Source: Lingula anatina
Lineage: Eukaryota; Animalia; Brachiopoda
Direction of reading: 5' to 3'
DNA: 64,000 nucleotides
NCBI GenBank assembly: GCA_051362555.1
Contig: CM120645.1
Coordinates: 23,774,934 to 23,838,933, forward strand
Part shown: in pieces, positions 51,965-64,000 of the stretch
How the letters are laid out: the number at the start of each line of letters is the position of its first letter
Position numbering within the stretch: the first letter of the stretch is position 1
The notes under the pieces: generated by a model
The model's database searches: none
The model's input: only the letters and a program-made list of their open reading frames with translations
Told to the model about the DNA's origin: nothing
Program-made: the position numbers and the translations under genes

Positions 51965-52262
51965 CTCTCTGTCACCAACCCTGGAAGCAAACTTGTCGGT
52001 CTCCTGTCACCTTTCCTGTCACCAACCCTGTTGCCCCCTTCCTCCCCCCCCCCTCGTCACCTTCCATGTCGCTTTCACCTTTCCTGTCACCAACCCTTTC
52101 ACCAACCCTGTCACCAACCCTGTCGCAACCCCCCCCCCGTCACCAACCCTGCCCCCCCCCCCCCCCCCCCCCCCCCCGTCACCAACCCTCATCTTACTGT
52201 CGCCCTCCTTGTCACCCTCCCCGTCGCATTCCCTGTCACCTTCTCTGTCACCAACCCTGGAA
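51965..52262. repeat. C-rich ~12-bp tandem repeat (gtcaccaaccct) with poly-C runs
   Basis: Directly visible. It explains the Pro-rich and Gly-rich ORFs called in several frames. Confidence 0.8.
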
Positions 52263-53762
52263 CCACACCGTGAACCAGCACCTGACATGGCTGACAGCAA
52301 GGACATCTGGGGCCCAGCACTCGGTCATCCGGTCATGGGCAGTGGTGAGGATGGCTAAGTTTTATCGGTCATACACGGTGACTGGTCACTGAACACTGCC
52401 TTATGCCTTAAACTTAGTCGACTATTGGTTAATTCTATAGCCACTGAATGCCCCCCCCCCCCCTTCGTGATAAATTGGGGAATCTCACATGTAGTAAAGC
52501 TGCTCTGTGATGTATGCCAAGATTTCCGGCCCTGGAAGGGTTGGGTGAGCGTCGAAATGGTTTCAAAGTGTGTTAGAACAGTAGTACTTGCTGCAAATGA
52601 GTGATAAATTCTGGTCCCAAACCGCCATAATTCCTTTTAAAATGAACTTGTTTCCCACAGCAATTGACATACCTTAATTTTGCATTAATTTTGTAAAAAC
52701 CAGGAAGTCAGAGACAAATGGGCAGGATTCTTGCTTAATTGACAGCCCGTTAAACCATGCAGTAAAATTTAAAAATTAAGAACCACGTTCACATTTTCAC
52801 GTTTTGATAATATGCTTGGGAAAAAGTTATAGGCACACAGATATTATTTAAATATATGCGTTGTATGAAATATCTTAAATTCATATAATGTAAAAACAAC
52901 ATCGAAATTATCTACTTGCAGGGTGTGGTGATGAGAGGCAATTTGTGTGAAAACTGCAAATTATTTCAAACGGTCAGAAGAAGGATACTGGATACGCTAG
53001 TCTAAATACATGAGTGATATAAATCTCGGTTGGCATCGAGGGAAACTATTAAAAATGCGATTAAAGACCATTTCATGGTGTTTATTTTTTGCCCACCACC
53101 TCCATTTATACATTAAAACAAATGGGTCACAGGAGCGGATCCATATACCTTTTCTGACAGTCTTCCAAATTATCTTTGTTGGTCCATCCCCTATTTTTGA
53201 CCCTCTTCCGACTTAAAAAATTAGATACCCGTCAGTATATATAACTTAAAAATCTGACTGTCTTCCAGAAGACCCAGAAGACGGCCTTAATCCGCCCCTG
53301 CGTCATAGCAACTTAAACAACAACAAAAACGTCACGCTCTTTTCACTTTTATGTATTTTTATTTAACATAAAACATTTTTGCTTGCAGAGTTTAATAAAC
53401 ACTTCGTATTAAATGTGATAACATGATGATAACGAGGCATCTTTTGCAGAGGAGCCTCTTTTCTAATACTGTCAAAGCATATCTGATAATGCTGTAATGC
53501 TGTACTATTTTTGACGGTGTTAAACTTGAGAGTAACAGGATATCGACATATAATGATATCGTGTTTAGTATTCATCAACCCTGACCTCTTACGTACACAA
53601 TAGAAGTCAACATCGTTATGGCCTTTCTTTGATTTAGTTTAGAAATAATTATTACACCATAAAAAATAAGCATAAATCAACAACAGTTATCATAATTTTA
53701 TGATTTGAACCCTGTCAATGTTCATTTTTTTTTCAAACAGCAAACACCTGCTTGCCATTCCT

Positions 53763-56700
53763 CTACCTTCCAAAATTAAAAGTACTTCCACCATTACCGA
53801 AAGTATTAAACCCTCCAGTATTGGTTGTAAATCCTCCAGTATTGGTTGTAAAACCTCCAGAACTCGTAGAGCCTCCAGTGCCGATGGTTCCGGTGCTGGC
53901 ACCTCCAGTGCCGAGGGTTCCAGCACCAAAACCTCCAGATCCACTGCCGATGGTTCCAGTGCTGGTACCTCCAGTGCCAATGGTGCCAATGGTGCCGGTG
54001 CTGGTACCTCCAGTGCCAATGGTGCCAATGGTTCCAGTGCTGGTACCTCCAGTGCCGATGGTGCCAATGGTACCGGTGCTGGTACCGCCAGTACCAATGG
54101 TGCCGGTGCCGGTAGTGCCAGTACCGATGGTGCCAATGGTGCCAGTGCCGGTAGTGCCAGTGCCGATGGTGCCAATGGTGCCAGTGCCGGTAGTGCCAGT
54201 GCCGATGGTGCCAATGGTGCCGGGGTTGGTACCGACAGTACCGACAGCTCCTTCATTAATCGTGCTTATCGTGCCGGTATTGGGGATAACTTGACCAGCT
54301 CCTCCAGTAATTATCTGTCCATCGGTTCCTACATTTCCTACGGTTCCTACAGTTCCAGGGTTGACGGCACCCCCAGTGTTGGTAGTAGTGGTGACAGTGT
54401 TAGTCACAGCCCCAGCGCCGCCTCTTGGAATGTTGACGCCAGTCGTGCCCGAAGTCACTTGTACTCCATCAATGAAGGCTGTTGCCGGCTGCCCATTGTT
54501 GCAACTAATGACAACCTGGCGGCGCCCGCTTGGATCGACCTCCTCTCTGGCAGTGGCTCCTGGGCCGCCGCAGGGACCAATGGTGACGATTCTGCCATCT
54601 CTGGCTATAATCTGGTTGTCAACTATCCTGGCTCCAGTGATTGTGACGTCATTGGAGGTGGGAACTGTGAGCATACCAGTTGCTGTAGATGGTGCAGTCT
54701 GTCCGCCTGTTTGGGTGGTGGTTGTGGTCTGGGTGCCGGTTGGTCCCTGGACGGTGCCTGCGGTGCCTCCTGTCTGGGTAGTAGTAGTAGAAGTGCCTGC
54801 AGGAGCGGTGGAGGCTGGAGCTGGTCCGACTGTTGCGGTGAAAACTTGACCAGTGCGGCAACGGATGACCACCTGTGGCTGTCCTGTGGCAGAGACCTCA
54901 GAGCGCGCCGTATAACCTCCAATACCGCAGCCGTCAATCATGATAGGTCTTCCGAGGCTTGTGAAGATCTGATCACCTTCTAGTCTTCCGCCAGTAACGA
55001 TGATTTCAGTGCCAGATGCTGTCTGGCCGGTTGTGTCAGGCTCAGCGGCACCAGTGTTTGTAGTGGTAGTGGTCGCTGTGTTAGTGGTCGCACCAGCAGG
55101 TGCTTGTCCACCAGTCTCAGTGGTGGTGGTGGTGGTGGTGGCAGTGCCTGTGGTGCCTGTGGTTTCAGTGGATACAGCGGGTGGCTCAATTACTGGCCCA
55201 AGAGTAACCGTCACTGGCTGACCATTTACGCAGCGGATGGTGACCGTGGTGTCGCCATTTGGCTCAATGTTTTCACGAGCGGAAGCTCCAGCGATTCCAC
55301 AGTCTCCAACCTGAATGGATCGTCCATCTCTGGTGACGACATTGGAGCCGGAAATTCTGGCGCCAGCGAGATCGATCTGGCGTCCTGTAACTGTAGCACC
55401 CTCTCCAGCACCCCCGAAAACATCAGTTTGGACTGCTGGTCCTACCTGCCCTCCAGTCTGTTCAGTGAAAGTTGTAGTGGAGCCAGTGCCAGTTGAGGCA
55501 CCTGTTACACCTGTTGGTCCGGTCTGTTCAGTAATGGTAGTTGTTACGGTATTAGTGCCTGTGTTTCCTGTTGGGGCAACCACTCCGCCAATTGTGCCTG
55601 TAGTGCCTGTGGGTCCAGTCTGCCCTGTAGTGGTAGTTGTCGCGGTATTTGTGCCTGGGGCAACCACTCCGCCAATTGTACCTGTAGTGCCTGTTGGACC
55701 AGTCTGTCCAGTAGTGACAGTTGTCACGGTATTTGTGCCTGGGGCAACCACTCCACCAATTGTACCTGTAGTGCCCGTAGTGCCTGTAGGTCCAGTCTGC
55801 CCTGTAATGGTAGTTGTCACAGTATTTGTACCTGGGGCAACCACTCCACCAATTGTACCTGTTGTACCCGTTGTGCCTGTTGGTCCGGTCTGTTCAGTAA
55901 TGGTAGTTGTTACGGTATTTGTGCCTGTGTTTCCTGGGGCAACCACTCCGCCGATAGTGCCTGTAGTACCCGTAGTGCCTGTAGGTCCAGTCTGTTCAGT
56001 AATGGTAGTTGTTACGGTATTTGTGCCTGTGTTTCCTGGGGCAACCACTCCGCCGATTGTACCTGTAACACCTGTAGGTCCAGTCTGTCCAGTAGTGATA
56101 GTTGTTACGGTATTAGTGCCTGGGGCAACCACTCCACCAATTGTACCTGTAGTGCCTGTAGGTCCAGTCTGTTCAGTAATGGTAGTTGTTACGGTATTTG
56201 TGCCTGTGTTTCCTGGGGCAACCACTCCACCAATTGTGCCTGTAGTGCCTGTAGGTCCAGTCTGACCAGTAACGGTGGTTGTCACGGTATTTGTGCCTGG
56301 GGCAACCACTCCACCAGTTGTACCTGTAACACCTGTTGGGCCAGTCTGTCCAGTAGTAGTTGTCACGGTATTTGTGCCTGGGAAAACTGCTCCACCAGTT
56401 GTACCTGTAACACCTGTAGGGCCAGTCTGTCCAGTAGTAGTTGTCACGGTATTTGTGCCTGGGAAAACTGCTCCACCAGTTGTGCCTGTAACACCTGTAG
56501 GTCCAGTCTGTCCAGTAGTAGTTGTCACGGTATTTGTGCCTGGGGCAACTGCTCCACCAGTTGTGCCTGTAACACCTGTTGGGCCAGTCTGTCCAGTAGT
56601 AGTTGTCACGGTATTTGTGCCTGGGGCAACTGCTCCACCAGTTGTGCCTGTAACACCTGTAGGTCCAGTTTGTCCAGTAGTAGTTGTCACGGTATTTGTG

Positions 56701-58454
56701 GCTGGGAAAACGGCTCCACCAGTTGTGCCTGTAACACCTGTTGGGCCAGTCTGTCCAGTTGTAGTTGTCACGGTATTTGTGCCCGGGAAAACGGCTCCAC
56801 CAGTTGTTCCTGTAACACCTGTTGGGCCAGTCTGTCCAGTGGTGGTGGTGGTGGAGGTTGTTGGCCTGTTGACATTGTTGCCAGTAAACCCAGTGTTGGT
56901 TGTTGGCGCAACACCAGTGCTTGTACTTGGACCGCTGACGAGGGCCTGCCTGGGGTTAGGTTCAACCATCGTGACGGTCACTGGTCGGCCATCGGCGCAA
57001 CGGATGACGGTCTGGCGGCCAAAAGGTGCCACAAACTCGCTACCCTGAGCACCAGATGGACCACAGTCGCTAATCAGGACTCTTCTTCCGTCATTGGTGT
57101 ACACTCTTCCATTGATGATTCTGCCACATGGAATTGTGATCTCATTGTCGGTGTAGGACAAGGAACCACCTGTGGTCAGTGGGGTAATGGCTCCTGAGGA
57201 CTGGCTTTGGAAGGCATTACCAAATGGGGATGTAATGCCTGGGAAGCTGCCACCAGTGGTTGTGGTTGTTGTACCAGTTTGGGTTGGGAATCTGCCACCA
57301 GTGGTTGTGGTTGTTGTACCAGTTTGGGTTGGGAATCTGCCACCAGTGGTTGTGGTTGTTGTACCAGTTTGGGTTGGGAATCTGCCACCAGTGGTTGTGG
57401 TTGTTGTACCAGTTTGGGTTGGGAATCTGCCACCAGTGGTTGTGGTTGTTGTACCAGTTTGGGTTGGGAATCTGCCACCAGTGGTTGTGGTTGTTGTACC
57501 AGTTTGGGTTGGCAATCTGCCACCAGTGGTTGTAGTTGTTGTTGAAGTACCTGTCTGAGTCGGTGCTCTTCCACCTGTTGTAGTAGTAGTAGTAGAAGTT
57601 GATGTTGACGTCTGCCCGCCAGTTCCGAACTGTCCGCCGGTTTGCGTGCCTGTCGTGGTCGTGACTGTATTTGTGGCTGTTCCTCCTGTCACCTGCCCAC
57701 CAGGACGTCCACCGAAAAATATCTGGCTCCCTTCCCCACCCTGGCCGCCGGTTTGCGTGCCTGTCGTGGTCGTGACTGTATTTGTGGCGGTGCCTCCTGT
57801 TACCTGCCCACCAGGACGTCCACCACCAATAAATATCTGGCTCCCTGCCCCGCCCTGTCCACCAGTTTGTGTGCCGGTCGTAGTCGTGGTTGTGACTGTA
57901 CCGGTGCCTGTAGCGCCACCGGCCGTTCCGCCTGCAGCCCCACCTCCAATCAAGAGCTCGTCCCCTGTGGCTTGCCCACCAGCGCCCCCTGTCGTCACGG
58001 TGTTGTCGGTAGCAGCTGCGGCGATTTGGCGGCCACCAACAAAGTCACAAACAACGTCCGCCGAAGGGTTGGTCAAGATATTGCGGTTAATTCCAGTTCC
58101 CGGGGCGCAGGGGAAGGTGTAGGCTATCCCGTTGGCGCATCGGACCATGGCTCTGAAGTCCTCGCTGGAATAAATGGCGTTTGGCTCCTGGCAGGTTCCT
58201 AAAGGGTACAATCAGTGTGTTATGTTTGTGTAAAGATTTGGTTAAGATACAATGTTTATATATGTTAAAACACTGAATTTATGTGTGAGTCAAGACGATG
58301 TTAAAATCAAGTAGGACAGACAATCTGGACAGGTGAGAGGTCAATACTTTTTTAATACCTGTGACAATATGCCTTGGTCAGATGCGTATTTATGAATCTT
58401 GCCTTAACGAATTGCTCATCTGTTTTGGATTTGAATCTTGCTAGCGGCATACAT

Positions 58455-58498
<44 letters not shown>

Positions 58499-58948
58499 GG
58501 GGGGCAGGGCCGTAGCCTGAGCAAAATGCCAGGGGGGGCAGTAAGCGGACACGAGGGGGCAAAGCCCCCTGAGTGGGGAGGTTGTGGGAGGGGGTGTCCC
58601 ACGGTGTGGAAAAATTTTAAAAACTGTATGTATAATACTGCATTCTCGTGCATTTTAACTGTTATTTATTGCTCAATCAGAAGTCAGAAATTGCGATTTT
58701 TTTTGCACCTCAAATCCCAGGGGGGGCAGCTGCCCCCCCTGCCCCCCCGGAGGCTACGGCCCTGGGGGGGGGGGAGAGAGAGAGAGATTGACAAAGAACT
58801 CCGTCATTAATGCGTGGGGACCACATGTGTACAGAAGTTTACATGGAACTTATTTCGATGGTACAAAAATTGAACTTTTATGAATTTTTCATTTAAGATA
58901 GATTAATGGTTGTATGATCCCTTTACGAAACTGATGAACACCTTTGTG

Positions 58949-59027
<79 letters not shown>

Positions 59028-60118
59028 GGCTCATGCATTCTTACCTGAATATATCTTTGACGTATCCTGTGCGTTTACACTGAAATAATATAATATAATA
59101 TAATATAATATAATATAATATAATATAATATAATATAATATAATATAATATAATATAATATAATATAATATAATATAATATATAGCGTACAATCTTGATT
59201 TTGAAGAAATGTCTATTTATAATGATATATATCAGATACCATTAAATTTTTACAATAAATCTCTTCGAGTATGTTTTCCTTTAATTTGTTTTTTTTATCA
59301 CTTTATAAGTTTTATTGTATTTTTTTAACACTTCATTATTCCATGCTTTATTATAATTATCATTTTGTGTTATCATTTATATAACTTTTTAATGTCATTT
59401 TAACATTTTATTGATCTATTATTTTGGTTTATAATTTTTATTTCTTTCATTATTCTGTTCTATCAGGTTTAATCATTTTTATACTATTAATTCACGTTAA
59501 CATTTTCATTACTATTTTTACTTTTCTTTTCCATCATTCTTTCTCCACCTGCTATACATCAATGAACTGAACGGAATCCTGCAGTCAGCATTAAAGCTAT
59601 TTTAAAAAATGGCTGCCTAAATATCACTTAATTTTCTTAATTGCGGCTTTGAAATATTAATCGTGGTTTGAGATATTTCACAGAGAATGTATTGGACTTG
59701 TTGAGGATTATCGGGGTTTTGAAAGAAAACAATGGGTTATTATGGCGCACAGTGTAGATAGTATTTCTACTCAAGATAACATTAATGGAGAATAACATGC
59801 AAAGCGCGAATTTAGCGACCGCACGCGACATAGAATGTCGAACGTCACTTACGGCTACAATCAAGACGTTATGAAATTTCAAAGCGTTCTGTGTGACTTC
59901 CTTTTTAATGTGTCGCAAATCTGTCCCAAATGCATCCCAATTATGGCAATCAAACTAAAGCAGATATGTGTAGAAAAAAAACTACCAAACACCCAAACCA
60001 GGGCTCAAAGTTTCTCCGATACTATATGAGAATTAAATCCCGTTTCATGGCCGATTATGTAAATCCGTCTATAACACACACCATAAACGGAACCTGAGGT
60101 GTGTGTTGTGTGTGTGTG

Positions 60119-60216
<98 letters not shown>

Positions 60217-61429
60217 GGGGGAGAAAGGGGGAGGGAGGGAGGAACGATAGTAAAATGTGTGGAAACAATTAATACCCACGATTTTCTTTTAATCCCGAAT
60301 ACTTCACTGCTTCCCAACCACTCTTGATCGCATCAGCGAACATTGAAATAGATCCGGCGAATAAAAAACTTTCAATTTTCTTTCTTTTCAATTTAGAAAA
60401 CAAGGTGAACACAGTGTGCAAGGAAAGGGGAAGAACACGTCACTTCATCAAGTTAAATATTACAGGTTATCCGTCCAGGCACTTAATGTCGGTCCGGCAC
60501 TTTGGACTACAGGTTAAATTAAGAGGAATTTTTTTATATTAAAAAGCGTTGCTCAGGGCACTGGTTTGAGGCACTGATAAGAGCTCCAACGAATTACGTC
60601 TTATAGCTTAAATTTTCTTTTATACAGATGCAATACGCAGTTTTTGGTTAACTGGGTTTTAAGATTTGCAGCATTTTATTCATTTGTTGGAATAACATTG
60701 TCACATGGAAACTTCACCTCTGAATACAATAAATATATTCATGACACCGTTTGTTAGGAATTCAAATCAATTCAAAACAACGTTGTCTTCAAGGTCACTT
60801 TTTTGTATGTTTGGAAAAAGTTTATAAAGCAACTCCTGATTGTCTTGACAATGATTGTCATTGTCAGCGGTGACAAAAGCACATTTCGATGTGTCAGCTA
60901 CATTTATTGCTGGTGAATCGTTCACAGCACGCTTTAGATTCTATTCACACGGTCGACAGGGAGATTTTAGAAAAGTCCAATTTTAAATTTTAATTTTAAT
61001 TTTTTTTTTTTTTTTTTTTTTTGGTGAAACAGGACCTGGCTTCTTAACAGGACAAAAAAGCCGGTCACTTTTAAATTTTGTTTTCACTGTTATATCTGCC
61101 AGAAGATTCTAACTCTTGTGTCACAGCTACATGTTACCATCAAGAAAGTCTTCAAATTGACAATAGTATTCATAACTCGACTCTTTTTTATCAACAGAAA
61201 ACAATGTCAACTAATAAAAAGAAACAACATAATAATAATAATAATAATAATAATAGACAAAATACTAAGCTCCACATCTAATAAGGCTAGTCAAACCCAC
61301 ATTCAAATATGTCGAATCCGTCAGTACAGTTTGTCATTAAAAACACATCTCTTTAAACACGTACCTTTGACCGTCGAAGGAAAAAGCAGCTACAAGAAAC
61401 AGAACGACAACTTTTGGCAGCTGAGCCAT
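53763..61429 (-). CDS. Gene F: secreted ~1511-aa Thr/Gly-rich mucin-like repeat protein with N-terminal chitin-binding-like domain; paralogue of gene E
   Basis: Exons complement(61365..61429,59045..59079,53763..58198), intron phases 2 and 1 as in gene E, total 4536 nt. N-terminus MAQLPKVVVLFLVAAFSFDGQSVNAQDTSKIYSGTCQEPNAIYSSEDFRAMVRCANGIAYTFPCAPGT. Contains 15-aa, 27-aa and GTI repeats. The terminal AGG TAG also resembles a splice donor, so a further 3' exon cannot be excluded. Confidence 0.85.
58505..58764. mobile_element. Short hAT-like MITE in gene F intron 2
   Basis: TIRs cagggccgtagcct / aggctacggccctg, embedded in G-runs so the TSD is ambiguous. Confidence 0.7.
58951..59182. repeat. 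(CT)n and (ATAAT)n microsatellites flanking the 35-bp exon of gene F
   Basis: (CT)n at 58951-59024 and (ATAAT)n at 59085-59182. Confidence 0.95.
60098..60212. repeat. Compound (GT)n(GA)n microsatellite
   Basis: Directly visible. Other simple repeats: (GA)n at 4584, 10007, 23965, 29605, 37477, 41893; (CA)n at 5912; (TA)n at 10536, 15203, 30138, 38721; (CT)n at 51211; (GT)n at 58457. Confidence 0.95.
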
Positions 61430-64000
61430 TTTGTCTTTGAGGAGTCCTCACGTAACCAGATAGTCGAAATAGTCAGCACGTTGTCCAGGGGTACAATGTC
61501 TCGTTCTAGATCTCTCCGTCCCTCACGGACTGTCAGTCCTTTAGTGACCAAGGCGAGTCTTGTCCACCGTTTTATTAACTGGTCTCCCACGGCGGGATGA
61601 GTGACCCCGTGGTTCCTTCAACGTCGTGACTGTTTGGGGGGTGATTAAAATGACCACGCGAGCTGACCGGCCGCGTAATGGCTAAGGAGTGTCCGGAGAG
61701 AGAGAGAGGGCGGGTCTGCAGCTAGCTCTCCAAGCTGTGCCTCCGTGTTAACATATAATGTTTATTCAAAGCAATCCAGGGGTGATGGAGTCTGTATTTC
61801 TGTCATGCTATGAGAAGAGGGCTTGCACAATATTTATATCAGTCTTTTGAACGACATGCGTTAGTTAGCATGTTATTTGTTGTACGATGTGAAGAATATC
61901 GAGGGTTGTAGCTGAAGTGAAGAAGAAGAGACTTCTTAAAATTCACAAATCATGATACTGTGTAAAGTCAAACCAGTAAACATTTATTTTATTGAAAGCG
62001 TGGGAAGGTGGGGTGGGGAGGAGGGAGGACTAAAGGGTGCACTTCATGTTGAATTTCTAAAACGCAGATATGCGTTAGGTTTTTAGCATGTCACGATTTG
62101 TACCTTTAGAGGGACGACATTTTTCATACTTCTGTCCAACCTTTGACAGCTGTCATAATTTTTGTTTGTTTGTTTACTCGCGTGCATTTTCCGACTCTGA
62201 TATTTTTAAGATGTGTTTTAAATGGTTTTCACCCCATGAACTCTGGATAAACGAAATATTTGGAGTGTTCTTTGCTCCAAATGCAATTAATCTACTAGTA
62301 GAAATGACCGCTTGAATACGTCATTATCAGAAGTGACTAGCTGTTTAAGATTAACCCAGATGTGACATTTAGAATATAGTATCTTTGTTGATAATATCTT
62401 AATAATTACTGATTCACTCATTTGTGATTTCTGACAATAGCGTTAATTGTGTCTGTCACTTCCTTCATTTACCCCTTCCAACGAGAAGAACGCATTTTTA
62501 TTATCATTTCACTATATTGCACAAACAATTGGGACAATCCAAATATGGTCAGGAATAAAAAAGTAGAACTTTTTTCAAAATAGCCTTTGACTAGGTGCAA
62601 ATTAGTTTCGTATTCTAATTCTTTCTTTCACTTTTGTATGCTCTATAATAGTCATGAAATTGGGTGAAAAAAGAACGAAAGGCACACACCTCTGGTGCCA
62701 TCTCCTTTTTGTAAATAATGTCCTGCTTTTTCTTTCCTTTTTTCTTTCTTTTACGTGTTTTTGCCCGCGTGGACACCTTAACCTCAAATGACATCCACCG
62801 TTACTGTCATGATACACAGGAATAACAAATACATTACAGTAGCCATTAGGAGGCGAGTTTTTTTATGTGTCAGATGGACATCGCAACGATTACACGCCCC
62901 ATGCTTTTTCGAAGATCAAGCTTCTGTCAACATCTTCGGCGAATTTTTAAACAAAAGACTATTAAAACATATATTTACTTTTTTGCATTACTAGATACTG
63001 ATAATAGCCTTTGTTTAATATGAATTCCTTAGAACTGGCAGGTAAGCGTGTAAAGGTATAGAAAAACACATAGGATCTTGTCTTCTTCAGCACAGTGATA
63101 GTGCTGATGATAAAGCTATCGGTGTAGGATCATAAAATTGTGGTTTGGAGACGAAATCTTTGTAAATGATGCCCATTACCCTATGATACCGTCTCCTTTA
63201 GACCACTTGTAGCAGTAGAACTAGCAGCTCTTCACCACATAGGAACACATCATAGGTGGCCTGCCGCTGAGGTGGTGCCTACACCATGTCAACATAGAGG
63301 ATTCAGATTCAGATTTATGCCTCATTATTATTATTTATACATTTTAACTATCAAAAACACGGCTGCAGACATAATTTACCGCCCCCTTTCTTTTTGTCGT
63401 TTATTTATTAATACTTGTGGTTTATTTCACGTCGTGCAACCACGCCTGTCAAGCGCCAGGTTAGTGCCCGTGTCATCCACTCCTGACACGATAATTTAGA
63501 TGACCACTGACAGAGCCCTTGGAACGTTGCAGGAATGATGTCATACTGCCCCCAATACAAACAGTAGATGCATAGCGTATAACAGTGATCTGGCCCGAAT
63601 TATCCGAAACCGCAGAAAAAAAAGACACGTGTATTATATCTTTATGACTGCTCCGCCCCAAATTACCACAAATATCGCACCATCATTCTCACCAAGTAAC
63701 AAAGAACACAGGGTTTTGGTTGGTAGAATTGTGGCCAATTAAGGCCACTTTTATTACCTCACTAATGAATTCCCTTAATTTTTACATTGCAACTAATTAT
63801 TGCCAGTATTCATAATTAATATAATGAAATCCAAAATTAAAATAGATATTTCATATTTAAGACAAATTATCCAAAATGTTGTTTTAAATAATCATGAAGC
63901 ATCAGTCATAGTTTGGTATATATAAGGAACTGCACCCGTTGGAATTGCCTTGGATGATTCACATTTATGACGGTATGGCACACGACTTGGGAATTAGGTT

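Noticed and set aside
51993-52392. Proline-rich or glycine-rich protein ORFs
   Set aside because: Products of a C-rich tandem repeat, open in several frames on both strands, with no splice or signal context.
53130-53300. Small MITE (caggagcggat...atccgcccctg)
   Set aside because: Termini are suggestive but short and imperfect, and I found no target duplication.
53690-58202. Long plus-strand and alternative-frame ORFs (e.g. 53718..54983, 421 aa; 55315..56265)
   Set aside because: Antisense or frame shadows of the repetitive Thr/Gly codons of gene F, with no independent domain or splice support.
61500-64000. Additional gene upstream of gene F
   Set aside because: Only short ORFs without recognisable motifs or a consistent exon chain.

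Overview
AT-rich, intron-containing animal genomic DNA, probably a mollusc or other lophotrochozoan (inferred from gene and repeat types; not provable here). The supplied ORF track is mostly exon fragments and antisense shadows, so I rebuilt gene models by hand from GT-AG sites and reading-frame phase. Positions 1-43 kb hold a minus-strand tandem array of six intact 5-exon genes (called A, B1, C1, B2, C2, D) for secreted 148-150 aa proteins with four EF-hands. The array includes a roughly 12 kb B+C segmental duplication whose two copies serve as filled and empty controls for several insertions: a decayed Ngaro/DIRS-type tyrosine-recombinase retroelement with split direct repeats, an 8-bp-TSD MITE, an LTR+PBS fragment and a truncated LINE. 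Positions 44-61.5 kb hold two paralogous 3-exon genes (E, F) for secreted proteins of about 1500 aa. Each has a 4-Cys chitin-binding-like (ChtBD2/peritrophin-A-like) domain, four copies of a shared ~50-aa two-cysteine module I cannot assign to a known family, and its own large tandem repeats. The best candidate for an undescribed system is this same-strand cluster of secreted Ca2+-binders next to chitin-scaffold proteins, possibly a biomineral or cuticle matrix locus (inference).
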